A DNA stretch of 25,219 nt from Octopus sinensis (GCF_006345805.1 NW_021836243.1:1-25219); one strand, 5' to 3'. Positions 1-10,472 are shown, counted from the first letter of the stretch. The notes: a model not told the origin generated them from the sequence alone. Numbers and translations: made by a program.

Positions 1-358
1 ATTGAAGGTTGAAACACTTTCAGTAAAGATAAGAGAATATTTATTGAAAAGCTTTTCATGAGGATAAATGAAACTCAAACCAAGGCTATTAATCTTGAAT
101 GCAAAATCTTCATCTGGATGTTTGAAGTACATTAGATTCATTCGAAATAGACTATATATTAAGATACAAGTGATGGGAAATAGAACTTACTTTCAGTCAG
201 TGTACAGTCAAAATGAACTAAGCCGACCTCAAACAGAGAACTCAAAAGTGACGATTCACTGACAAATTCGACAGCTGAGATCGCTTTCCAGCAGTTAGGG
301 ACATTGTGTTAGAGATCACCATCCCTAATTGAATCACCGTTACATATGTTATATATGT

Positions 359-592
359 ACATCATCATTATCACCATCATCGTCAAATATCCGTTTTCCA
401 AGTTGACATTGGTTGGAAGATTTGACTGAGACTGACAAGCCGGAGGGCTACACCAGGCTCAAGTCGTCTGTTTTGGTATGGTTTGTGTGGCTGGGTGCTC
501 TTCCTAACGCCAACCGCTTTATTTTACGAGACGCCTGCACGAGGGCTTTTAATTTGGCGCTGGCACGGGTGCACTTTACATGACGCCGATAC
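359..592 (-). mobile_element. Degenerate SINE-like repeat with (ATG)n 3' tail
   Basis: The (CAT)n-like tail at 359-381 is followed by a GC-richer body (…ctgggtgctcttcctaacgccaacc…ggcgctggcacggg) that I recognise as an abundant octopod SINE-type repeat. Recognition is from memory, not a search. Confidence 0.6.
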
Positions 593-660
593 CCTCTTAT
601 ACTATCTTGTTCCTCCTCACTACTACGAACTCTATAAATGATCAATTCTCCACAAAGGAT

Positions 661-815
661 TGCTTGATTTGAAAACCACTGGAATGGGGGAGAAAGCGCT
701 AATAATCTGAATGATATGATCTGAATGATAGGATGTATATATGTAAAAAAATGTAAATATAAATAATATCTATAAACATGAACCATCGATCTTCTGATTA
801 CCTCATTTCTTCTAA
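661..815 (+). mobile_element. Partial copy (loop and right arm) of the hairpin element at 13666-13923
   Basis: Shares gaaaa-ccact.gaatggg.agaaagcgctaat and the arm ending gatcttctgattacctcatttcttcta with 13792-13923. Followed by (AT)n. Confidence 0.8.
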
Positions 816-818
816 TAT

Positions 819-854
<36 letters not shown>

Positions 855-999
855 GCATAAAGAGAATCAGTGAGAGCAAGAAGAAAACAGGGAAAATGCC
901 CCTTATATTGAATTTCTATGCAAATATTCTTTCTAAAAACTTCTCATTTAATTTTTTATAAACATTACTTTGCATTTTCTACCTGACATATTTTCCTTA

Positions 1000-1047
<48 letters not shown>

Positions 1048-1120
1048 ATATTATATATATATATAAATATCTTTGTGTGTATTGTGTGTGTTGTGTATTT
1101 GAGTTGTGAAATTCTCCGTG

Positions 1121-1159
<39 letters not shown>

Positions 1160-1164
1160 TTCAC

Positions 1165-1270
1165 AAAAAACAAAAGACGAAGACAGGTGGCATAGACAAC
1201 AAATAGATGTATTAGTATAACGGTCGGGAAGTGAAAAAGTCTTTAACGTTTCGAGCCTACGCTCGCTTCG
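1165..1270 (-). mobile_element. Penelope-like-element-derived fragment with partial hammerhead motif
   Basis: Minus strand 1270-1241 reads cgaagc-GAGC-gtag-GCTC-GAAA-CG-TT-aaag, the same stem II/GAAA/ACGT arrangement as 18158-18192. The 5' core is replaced where a SINE fragment begins. Confidence 0.45.
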
Positions 1271-1385
1271 CAACCACATGCTTCCGGTTTCAGTACCACT
1301 GCTTGGTACCCTGGGCATGTGCCTTCAACTATAGCTTCGGGCCTACCAAAGCCTTGGGAGTGGATTTGGTAGACGGAAACTGAAA
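1270..1385 (+). mobile_element. tRNA-derived CORE-type SINE fragment
   Basis: Reverse-complement match to 3290-3410 (ccttgggca.gtg…ccaaagccttg.gagtggatttggtagacggaaactgaaa). Confidence 0.8.
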
Positions 1386-1663
1386 TATTTATGTGTACAT
1401 TTTCATAAATGCTGGTTTGAATAGAATTCTACACATGCGTGAAACATCATAATATATTAGACGTATAACTTTAATTCATGTTCCTTTATGGATCACATCA
1501 GCCAGAAGAACGAAAACGTGAAACTCTGAGTAGCAGCTTTTTCTGATATTTTTGTGATATTTTTGCAGCATTAATGATAATGTGAGTGTGTGTATACATA
1601 CATACATACATAAATATATATATTAAATAGAGATAAAACTACTATTAGGAAAATACGTACAAA

Positions 1664-1706
<43 letters not shown>

Positions 1707-2514
1707 GTATATATGTATGTATATGTATGTATATATATTTATCGTTGTACGTATTATTTCAATTATTTATATGTTAATATGGATAGAGACGAGAAATAGG
1801 GAGACTCTTGTATTCTTCCAATGTAATAAAGCCGCCATGTCTTATTACGAAATTGAAAATACTGAAAATTGTTTTAAAAATATCAAAAAAAATACGAAAC
1901 TGCAATGTTGCGTTATTAAAATTATTTCATTAAATAACAGAATATTATGAAAGCCATAAATATATAATCGTTATCGCTATGACAAATAGTGAGTGCAATT
2001 TAACATGGTTCTATCATATTCAATAACTACATATTTTATCGAAATTTCTTTCTAAGTATTCTTCATCTTAACAAGCATCCACCATTACTGTTTGTAATGA
2101 GGGCATAGCGTTCAAATGAAATTAAGATTTATGTATGATGATAGAACCGATAAAAAAATTAACAAAAATTACAGAATAAAATAAAACAAGTACAACGTCT
2201 CTTATTAATTTGTTTTCAAGTAGACAGAAGAATAATTTCAACATAAAATCCCTTTCTTTTGTTAGTGCGTTCTATAAAATTCAATACAGGTGAGAGATGC
2301 GTAGCATAATTTAATACAGGTAAGAGATATTTAGACAGGTAAAATATAATACGAGATAAACGGAATGTGTTCTAGGCATTGGAGTTGATGACGTGAAATG
2401 CTGAATCACTAATCAATACTTCCTCAACGTGTAACTGATGAAAGAGAAAAATTTAACGTGTAATACATTTGATATTAATATATCTTACATTGTGTAACCG
2501 CACGATGCATGTAC

Positions 2515-2556
<42 letters not shown>

Positions 2557-2795
2557 GTGGGTGTCTCTGTGTCTGTATGAGCATTTGCGTCAGTGAGTGC
2601 CTATATGTATGTATAACTACACACGTACACGCATATATAGATGCAAATTCCTTCCTTCGAAATTAGAGTTTCCTGTTTAAAGGGACTCTTCACACATTCA
2701 TGAAGAACTACAAGAAGTGTTCTTTAAAAAGCTAATGGTGTATGTAAGGATCATACTAAATCAATCTATCATCTTCCATATATATATATATATAA

Positions 2796-2826
<31 letters not shown>

Positions 2827-2918
2827 TATATTACACATTACACATTACGCACGCACAAACACAAGCATATCTATCTATCTATCTAACTATATACACACAT
2901 ACATACATATATATATCA

Positions 2919-2983
<65 letters not shown>

Positions 2984-3022
2984 ATTATATATATTATATA
3001 TATATATATATATACTCTCTCT

Positions 3023-3440
3023 CTCTTTACTCTTATACTTGTTTCAGTCATTTGACTGCGGCCATGATGGAGCACCGCCTTTAGTCGAGCAGATCGACCC
3101 GGGACTTATTCTTTGTGAGCCCAGTACTTATTCTATCGGTCTCTTTTTGCCGGACCGCTAAGTGACGGGGACGTAAACACACCAGCATCGTTTGTCAAGC
3201 AATGCTAGGGGGACAAACACAGACACACAAACACACACACATACATACACACGTATATATATATATATACATATATACGACAGGCTTCTTTCAGTTTCCG
3301 TCTACCAAATCCACTCACAAGGCTTTGGTCGGCCCGGGGCTATAGCAGAAGACGCTTGCCCAAGATGCCACGCAGTGGGACTGGACCCGGAACCATGTGA
3401 TTGGTTAGCAAGCTACTTACCACACAGCCACTCCTACGGC
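3023..3440 (-). mobile_element. Full-length tRNA-derived CORE-type SINE (octopus OK/OR1/OR2-like; exact family not assigned)
   Basis: On the minus strand: tRNA-like head (gtggctgtgtggtaagtagc…ggttccgggtccagtccc), CORE-like gg.a.cttgggcaag, internal (TA)/(TG) tract and short-repeat 3' tail. A near-identical copy lies at 14855-15258. Confidence 0.9.
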
Positions 3441-3452
3441 TATATATATATC

Positions 3453-3487
<35 letters not shown>

Positions 3488-3496
3488 CATTATAAT

Positions 3497-3658
3497 GCTG
3501 CGAGCTGGCAGAATCGTTAAAATACCGGGCAAAATACTTAGCGGTATTTCGTCTACCACTACGTTACGAGTTCATATTCCGCCGAAGTGGATTTTGCCTT
3601 TCATCCTTCCGGGGATGATAAATTAAATACCAGTTAACTACTGGGGTGGACTATCGAG
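3497..3658 (+). mobile_element. tRNA-derived SINE with Meta-like central domain (second family)
   Basis: gcgagctggcagaatcg…cttagcggtatttcgtc…ttgcctttcatccttccgggg.tgataaattaaatacc is the reverse complement of motifs at 16650-16790. Confidence 0.75.
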
Positions 3659-4281
3659 GATTATATGTATCGTTATATGCATAATATCGTTCGGAACAGA
3701 GACGCCATTTTTTCTCGTTATTTAGTACTGAAATTATGAACATATTTGGTTGACAGCTGACGAAGAGTTGAGCATGGCACCGTCCAGTGTGTGAGTTTTT
3801 CTGTTCTTTTTTCCCTCTCTGACGGAGCACATTTACATGTTACAGAATAAGTCCAACTTGGTTAACTAATGTATAAATATCTCTATTTGCTCGTGTGATT
3901 CTGATTTCATTTTTGTCCTCTAAAGCGTTATATGATAGCAAAAATCCAAACACTTTCAACTAATTGAGGTTGAAATGCAGTAATTATGCTGTTACCTGTT
4001 TGAGCTACTGTACTGCGCCCATGCTAGAGCACAGTCTTGAACGGATAAATCGAAATAATCGGTGCAAATTCTTATTCCATCGGTCTCCATGGTCGGACTG
4101 TTATGTTAAGGGAAACGTAAAGAAAAATACACAGGAAGCAGGGTGGGTAGGAAGCATAAAGGACAACACACAAATGCAACTAGATACGTACATACATACA
4201 TGAATACACAAACATAATCACACATTCACACACGTGTATGTGTATCTATATATATTTATGTATCTATTTATAAAAAAAATC

Positions 4282-4705
4282 ATTAAAAAAAAACCACCTT
4301 TTATCAATTCAAAATGATCAATTAAATTACACTATCTAGAAAATTACATATAATAGAAAAATTCAAATTAAAATAACAATAAAATGTCAAAGATTAAGTA
4401 AATTGCAAAAAATGGTAATAATAACGTTAAAAATAATAATAAAAACGTATTATATACGTTTTTATTATTCTTTTTTAGCAATTTACTTAATCTTTGACAT
4501 TTTATTGTTATTTTAATTTTAATTTTTCTATTATATGTAATTTTCTAGATGGTGTAATTTAATTGTTCATTTTGAATTGATAAAAGGTGGATTCTTTTCT
4601 AATTTTTCATATATATATTATATTGTGTGAAATTTGATTTAGTATTTCTAAATTGAATTTTTTTCCTTGTAAGTTTTGGATTTTATTCCCTCAAATAATA
4701 ATTAT
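4282..4705. mobile_element. AT-rich ~320-bp palindrome (centre ~4452) with unpaired ~100-bp tail
   Basis: Arms 4282-4449 and 4455-4603 are reverse complements (e.g. ccaccttttatcaattcaaaatg / cattttgaattgataaaaggtgg). Arm and tail recur at 18665-19010. Confidence 0.85.
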
Positions 4706-4940
4706 GTATCTATTTATCTATCTATATATCTTATTCATTACATCTGAATATACGTATGTGTGTTTGTATGCCTGCGTGTGTGCGCGTGTGGGTTAGTATG
4801 TATGTATGCCAAAAGTCATTAACTTACATATGAATACAGAATACTTAATTTTAATTTACATCCTCTGTTGTATATTAAGCATTAACTACTTCGACATCCG
4901 AAGGGAAATAAAGGGAAATACGCATCCATTGCTCTTTGCA

Positions 4941-5053
4941 ACCGGAAGCGAATTAAATTGACGTCACTGAATTGTACGACAATAGTTGTTGGACGCCATT
5001 GTTTATTGGGAATAGAGTTTCTTTTTAGGTGGTTGAGAATAAATGACCACGTG
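4941..5053. promoter_or_regulatory. Possible promoter/enhancer motif cluster
   Basis: ACCGGAAG (ETS-like, 4941), TGACGTCA (CRE, 4959), CGCCATT (YY1-like, 4994) and CACGTG (E-box, 5048) lie within ~110 bp of non-repetitive sequence. Motif match only. Confidence 0.25.
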
Positions 5054-5161
5054 ATACAATGATTCGAATGCACGAATGATGGTGTTGGTTTCCTTTTGTT
5101 AAAGTGACAGAACTCTACCTAAGGGAAAAAGCGAAGTCTCTGCAACATGTATGTATGTATG

Positions 5162-5193
<32 letters not shown>

Positions 5194-5266
5194 TGTGTAT
5201 GTATGTATGTATGTGTGTGTGTATGTATGTATGTATACATATATATATATGTATGTATGTATATAG

Positions 5267-5305
<39 letters not shown>

Positions 5306-5714
5306 TTCATGTATTTATATATACATATAAATCTGAATGTATATGTAGAAGGAATGTATGCATATATATATATACATATATATATTATATATATATATAC
5401 ACACACAGAGTGAGAGAGTAAGATGTATTATATATGAATATTTCCCTCTCCATCTATATATCTTTATATATATATGTATATGTATGTATGTATTTACACA
5501 TACTCACGCACACACACACGTGGACATGCACACACACATACACACACACGCACATACACACACACACATATATATATATATAAATAAACACGCGCACGCG
5601 GAAATATATGTGATACGAGTGTATGAGTATAGGATTTATTTACTTTCTGAACCGGAATCAGTTACTCACTTATATAAACAGTGGTATCGATACGATTTAA
5701 CTAGAATCGAGTAA

Positions 5715-5800
5715 GAACATTAAAATCGCTGCTCCAGCATGTGCGGTAGTCCAGCGACTGAAACCCGTGATCTAAATTTATAAGAAAATAAATAAATAAA
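5715..5800 (+). mobile_element. Degenerate SINE 3' tail
   Basis: gctgctccagcatg.gcggtagtc…gactgaaac matches the SINE 3' end (reverse complement of 3040-3075). Followed by (AAAT)n. Confidence 0.45.
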
Positions 5801-6048
5801 TAAATAAATAGATAAATAAATAACAGAATATAAATAATACGATAACATTTCCAGCTTTCCGCGTAACATCTCACGTTCTAAACATGACATAACCATTGAT
5901 ATAAACACTGCAATATAACACCAAAACTGGTAAACATTCGTTACCGTACGAGATACGTCATTGTGGTTCAGATTTTATGTATCCCTATCAAGAAGTAAAT
6001 TCTATATATAGAATATATAACAGAAAACGAATGAAATTTAAATGTACA

Positions 6049-6417
6049 GGCGCAGCCGTGGCTATGTGGAAAATGGTTTGCTTTCTAACCACATCGTTTC
6101 AGGTTCTGTCCCATCGTCATCATCATTGTTCGACCGTGGTCGAGACAATTGAATTTACGCCAGACTTCACGGTCCATCATAGCATTACGGAGGTCCTGGA
6201 TGCCTGTATCCCTGGAGATTACATCAGGTTAGGAGAGTGTGCGCCCTCTGGTATCGCGAGTAGATGGCTTCCAGAGGAGAAGAGTAGATATTGCCTCGTT
6301 TTCAGCTCTACAACAATGTCCAGCAAACTGGACATTGTTTCGTCCCACTGCGTAGCACCTTGGGCAAGTGTCCGCTACGATAGAGTCAGGCGGTCAAAGC
6401 CTTTTGTGGAAAGTTTT
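6049..6417 (+). mobile_element. CORE-type SINE 5' half interrupted by an RTE fragment
   Basis: The head ggcgcagccgtggctatgtgg…aaccacatcgtttcaggttctgtccca (6049-6113) resumes as gtcccactgcgtagcaccttgggcaagtg (6342-6417). Confidence 0.8.
6114..6341 (-). mobile_element. 5'-truncated RTE-clade LINE 3' end
   Basis: Minus-strand translation QFAGHCCRAENEAISTLLLWKPS…RGRTLS*PDVISRDTGIQDLRNAMMDREVWR is a typical RTE ORF C-terminus. It has a (TGA)n tail and a GTCCCA target-site duplication (6108-6113, 6342-6347). Confidence 0.8.
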
Positions 6418-6747
6418 AAAATAAAGACGTATGTGTCTGTGTAACGTATGGTATCATTATAAACAGGATAAATTTTAGCCATTTTTCCGCAGACTGGAAA
6501 AAGAAAAACTGAACAACCTTAAGCGATTTTCAAACCTCATTGTATATCATCAGAGGCTTCCACATAGTTTTCACAATTTCGCGAGAAGAAAGCAGCCAAA
6601 TTATTTATATATTCAACAAATGCAGCAGTTACTCTATGAAGGAGTCCGTAATTTGCATACCGAAAGTGTTTAACACTATAAATATCAGCGACCCGTCAAC
6701 GGGGATCTTAGTCCAAACAGTATCAAGATATGATATAATATATATGT

Positions 6748-7242
6748 AGATAAAGCATGTCTAATGGAAGATACCACCTTGATGGTTAGAATAAAACAGA
6801 ATAAAAATATAAGATAAAAATATAAAAAAATATAAATGAGTCAACAATTTTATTTTATTTTTATTTTACCTGCCAATCTGGTATCTTCTATCAAACAATT
6901 TTATTTTTATTTTTAGCCTTTTATTTTATTTTACTCATCAAAGGAGTATCTCCTATTAAACAATCTTATTTTTATTTTTCTTATTTTTGCTTTTATTTTA
7001 TTTTACTCATCAAACAATTTTATTTTTATTTTTAGCCTTTTATTTTATTTTACTCATCAAAGGAGTATCTCCCATTAAACAATCTTATTTTTATTTTTCT
7101 TATTTTTTATTTTATTTTATTTTATTTTACCCATCAAGGTGGTATCTTCCATTGAACAATTTTACTTAATAGTTTATCTTTATTTATATTTTATTTTATT
7201 TTCCCCATCAAGGTGCTATCTTCCATTAGACATGCTTTATCT
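6748..7242. mobile_element. Foldback/MITE-like element: 38-bp TIRs enclosing a tandem array of TIR-like subunits
   Basis: agataaagcatgtctaatggaagataccaccttgatgg (6748-6785) versus 7205-7242 is a reverse complement with 1 mismatch. The internal 55-70-bp units contain catcaa.g.gtatct.cc.tt.aacaat. Confidence 0.75.
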
Positions 7243-7304
7243 TTGTGCCGGGTCTAAACTGTTCCTCTGTTTAAACTAAAATTTTGGGAGTATTGAGCGA
7301 TTGA

Positions 7305-7346
7305 CGCCTGATGAACCTACGAATGTACGGGAAACTATTATTAGCG
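7305..7346 (+). ncRNA. Degenerate minimal type-I hammerhead-like motif
   Basis: CGC-CTGATGA-A-CCTAC-gaat-GTACGG-GAAA-ctattat-TA-GCG. Core and stem I are present; stem II is bulged and stem III is poor. Confidence 0.35.
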
Positions 7347-7436
7347 CGATAAATACATGTACTTGATACGTTTAGCAATATTGAAGTATCATTGGATAGA
7401 ATATTCTTCGTATTGACTTTTGCACAGTTAATTTCT

Positions 7437-7515
7437 TATATGTGCGTATGCCAGACGGACTGCAAATCTAACAGAGGCCTCAAAAGACATTTTAAATTCC
7501 ACATCAGAACTTAAC
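7437..7515 (+). mobile_element. Possible LINE C-terminal zinc-finger remnant
   Basis: One frame reads CVCQTDCKSNRGLKRHFKFH*, resembling the C2H2-like C-termini of RTE-type ORFs. Very short. Confidence 0.3.
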
Positions 7516-7896
7516 TGCAGATCTTGGTGGTCCTTTCCTATCTTTTCTCCTGTAAAAGCTTGTTCCTTCAGTGTTCGCCACCTTACCTCGTAATGGCTTA
7601 GCAGCCCTTACTGTTTGTTTTCACTGTCCTGTTTTTGTTACCAACTTTGACCCTCCACAAATCCCAAATTATATTTTGCTTTGCGGAAGTTACTATTTCT
7701 CAAAGTCACATCTTGTCGTAATTGCTCGAAATATGGAGTAGATAAAACAGCCGACAACTGATGAAGGGTCGTTCTTTGTCTTACTTGTCTTGTTTTCCAT
7801 TTATTTCTTTCGTTGTTCGCAAAAACAGTTCGTATTCCATCTTTTCGTATTTCGTATTTCATGTTGTTTACGCTTTATGACGTCCTGTGACCCATA

Positions 7897-8128
7897 TATG
7901 CACATGTATGTGCATATATATGTATGTACATATATATATGTATATATGCATGTATATATTTATATATGTCTATATCTATATCTATATATATATATGTGTG
8001 TGTGTGGTGTATATATAAATGTATACATATATATATATAAAAAAATATATATAATATATATATATATGTCTATATGTATATATATTATATATGTATATAT
8101 ATGTATGTATATATATGTATATATAGTA

Positions 8129-8171
<43 letters not shown>

Positions 8172-8270
8172 CTATATATATGTATATATATGTATATTTA
8201 TATATATATTATATATATAGATATATATATCTATATATATATACATATACATATACAATAAATATACATA
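7897..8270. repeat. Imperfect (AT)n microsatellite (representative of many)
   Basis: Seen directly. Similar tracts lie at ~820-855, 1000-1140, 1665-1740, 2780-3013, 5147-5400, 10070-10170, 10645-10920, 12405-12580, 13925-14305 and 17490-17825. (TG)/(CA) tracts lie at ~2515-2556, 11170-11240, 15325-15375 and 18025-18055. Confidence 0.95.
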
Positions 8271-8355
8271 TAAGGTAAGGGAAGAAATGGACCAACATGT
8301 AGCAATTAATTGATCATTAGTATTGAATTATACTGTTTCTATTGGTTAATTTCTA

Positions 8356-8584
8356 GGTAAATTTGCGTTTATCTCGTTCCATTCATCTACTTGAAGCAAC
8401 TATACACACACGTGCCATCTTTTAAGGACGCAAAAATATAAGCCTAAAGACCTAACGAACTTTTTCCCTTTTCCCTTTCCTTTTCCTTTTCCTTTTTCCT
8501 TTTCTCCTGTCAATATTCCTCCGGTAAGGTTCAATATATTCTACTCATGTTTGTTAAATGGAACGAGATAAACGTAACTTTACC
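8356..8584. mobile_element. MITE-like element with ~28-bp imperfect TIRs
   Basis: An 18-bp perfect inverted repeat cgtttatctcgttccatt (8366-8383) / aatggaacgagataaacg (8557-8574) extends to ggtaaa…tttacc. Confidence 0.55.
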
Positions 8585-8862
8585 CCAAAAATAACAAACA
8601 GAAAAGGCTCTCAATGTTCAGTTTAATCATAATTAAACTAAATATCCTTCCACAGTAATGCTACACTTCTAATTGCTACACGCGGCTCCATTTTTCACTT
8701 ACCTTGTCTGAATATATTAAAGTGCGGTTAACACTTAAATTACCAGCTACGCTTAACCTTTACAGCAAGGTCTATGCATAGTTAGTTAATGCACCAGTAG
8801 TGCCTACGATAATATATTTATCCCTTAGACGATTGCATAAATTCTAACTCATAATATTTTTA

Positions 8863-8897
<35 letters not shown>

Positions 8898-9362
8898 GAG
8901 TTTGTATGATTGTGTATAGAGGGATATATATTATTCAAAGAAATTCCAACTCTGTTTTTATGTTTTATTTATATTCTTTATAATATTAATGTAGAATATA
9001 GAATATATAGTATAAATAATATATATATAGTAAAATGAAATGAATTATTGATCGTCTTATTGAATAGATGACATATTGAATATAAAATATTAAGGGACAT
9101 ATATATATAAAATATTTCATTTATATTTCCTGAGCGCCATACACTTCTAATTGCTACATGCGGCTCCATTTTTCACTTACCTTGTCTGAATATATTAAAG
9201 TGTGGTTAACCCTTAAATTACCAGCTACGCTTAACCTTTACAGCAAGGTCTATGCATAGTTAGTTAATGCACCAGTAGTGCCTACGATAATATATTTATC
9301 CCTTAGACGATTGCATAATTCTGACTCATAATATTTTTATGCATATATATATATAGATATAT

Positions 9363-9413
<51 letters not shown>

Positions 9414-9509
9414 ATTCGAGACAAAACCACTATTTTAAAATCAAAAAAGGAAAGACTTAATCAATACATAAAATTTTAATATAAATTGTAATATAAATTA
9501 AATAAACCG

Positions 9510-9553
9510 CCACTACAATTGTTTCCTGTCTGCTACTGACATTCTTCAGGTGG
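9510..9553 (-). ncRNA. Minimal type-I hammerhead ribozyme motif
   Basis: CCAC-CTGAAGA-A-TGTC-agtagca-GACA-G-GAAA-CAATTG-TA-GTGG, with 4-bp stem I, 4-bp stem II and self-complementary ACAATTGT stem III. Confidence 0.65.
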
Positions 9554-9620
9554 ATTTTCGATCTTCTAATCAGTATCAATTATGAAGTCATAATTTGATA
9601 CTGATTAGAAGATCGAAAAT

Positions 9621-9663
9621 CCACCTGAAGAATGTCAGTAGCAGACAGGAAACATTGTAGTGG
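9621..9663 (+). ncRNA. Minimal type-I hammerhead ribozyme motif (mirror copy)
   Basis: CCAC-CTGAAGA-A-TGTC-agtagca-GACA-G-GAAA-CATTG-TA-GTGG, one A shorter in stem III than the other arm. Confidence 0.6.
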
Positions 9664-10119
9664 CGGTTATTTAATTTATATTAAAATTTTATGTATTGAT
9701 TAAGTCTTTCTTGTTTGATTGTTAAAATAGTGGTTTTGTCTCGAATTATATTATATAATATTTTACTATAAAATTGGATTTAACCCTAAATCTGATTTTT
9801 CCCTGTAATTTTGGATTCATTCCCTAATATTTATTATTATATATATATATATTATATATATATATAAAGGGGTTTGTATGATTGTGTATAGAGGGATATA
9901 TATTATTCAAAGAAATTCCAACTCTGTTGTTTTGTTTTTATTATATTTTTATAATATTAATGTAGAATATAGAATATATAGTATAAATAATATATATATA
10001 GTAAAATGAAATGAATTATTGATCGTCTTATTGAATAGATGACATATTGAATAAAAATATTAAGGGACATATATATAAATATATATTACATATATATATA
10101 TATTATATATATATATATA

Positions 10120-10158
<39 letters not shown>

Positions 10159-10174
10159 TATCTGTATATATATA

Positions 10175-10390
10175 TTTGTGTTTGTGTGTCATTGTGTATG
10201 TGTTTGTTCTCCACCACTGGTTGACAACCGTGTTGGTGTGTTTACGTTCCTGTTACCCAGCAGTTTGGCAGAAATGACTGATAGAATAAGTACCAAACTT
10301 TTGCAAATAAATAGATAAATAAATAAGTACAGGAACGGAAATTCTACAAGGTGGTCGCAATCTAATGACTGAAACCAATAAAGTATAAAA
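10175..10390 (+). mobile_element. 3' half of a diverged CORE-type SINE
   Basis: ttgacaaccg.g.tggtgtgtttacgt…gatagaataagtac…aatgactgaaac matches the reverse complement of 3040-3200. Confidence 0.65.
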
Positions 10391-10400
10391 TATTAAAAAC

Positions 10401-10472
10401 CACAACAACAACAACAACAACTACTACTACTACTACTACGACAACGACGACGACGACTACTACTACTACTAC
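10401..10472. repeat. Compound trinucleotide repeat (CAA)n(CTA)n(CGA)n(CTA)n
   Basis: Seen directly. Confidence 0.9.

Larger units (their letters stand above)
9411..9840. mobile_element. Palindromic Penelope-like-derived miniature element inserted in (TA)n
   Basis: A ~350-bp palindrome (9403-9757, 2-nt loop at 9586-9587) plus an unpaired ~80-bp tail. It is absent from the paralogous (AT)n at 8866-8894. Confidence 0.8.
8662..10077. repeat. Local tandem duplication, period 478 bp; second unit carries an insertion
   Basis: Units start at 8662 and 9140 (tacacttctaattgctaca…). The second unit resumes after the insertion at ~9866 (aagg.gtttgtatgattgtgtatagaggg…taagggacat). A few substitutions separate the units. 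Confidence 0.92.

Noticed and set aside
68-340. 64-aa ORF and possible exon at the window start
   Set aside because: There is no recognisable domain, and the candidate minus-strand exon ending at 191 has stops or lacks a convincing acceptor.
2266-2335. 24-nt + strand microexon followed by three CAG|GT donor-like motifs
   Set aside because: The donors sit in a short degenerate repeat (aatacaggt.agaga), there are no partner exons and there is no supporting evidence.
3192-3626. 144-aa ORF
   Set aside because: It runs through two SINEs and an (AT)n tract.
3755-3775. CTGACGA/CTGATGA half-cores at ~3757 and ~7760, and a GAAACTCGTA half on the minus strand at ~14480
   Set aside because: The partner half of the hammerhead core is missing, so these are at most decayed Penelope-like remnants and are not called as ribozymes.
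5977-6444. 155-aa + strand ORF with an apparent exon at 6103-6227
   Set aside because: It is the antisense frame of the RTE fragment plus the surrounding SINE. The apparent acceptor lies in the SINE head.
6842-7232. CRISPR-like repeat-spacer appearance
   Set aside because: The context is eukaryotic, the spacers are low-complexity and similar to each other, the repeats are variable and no cas genes are present.
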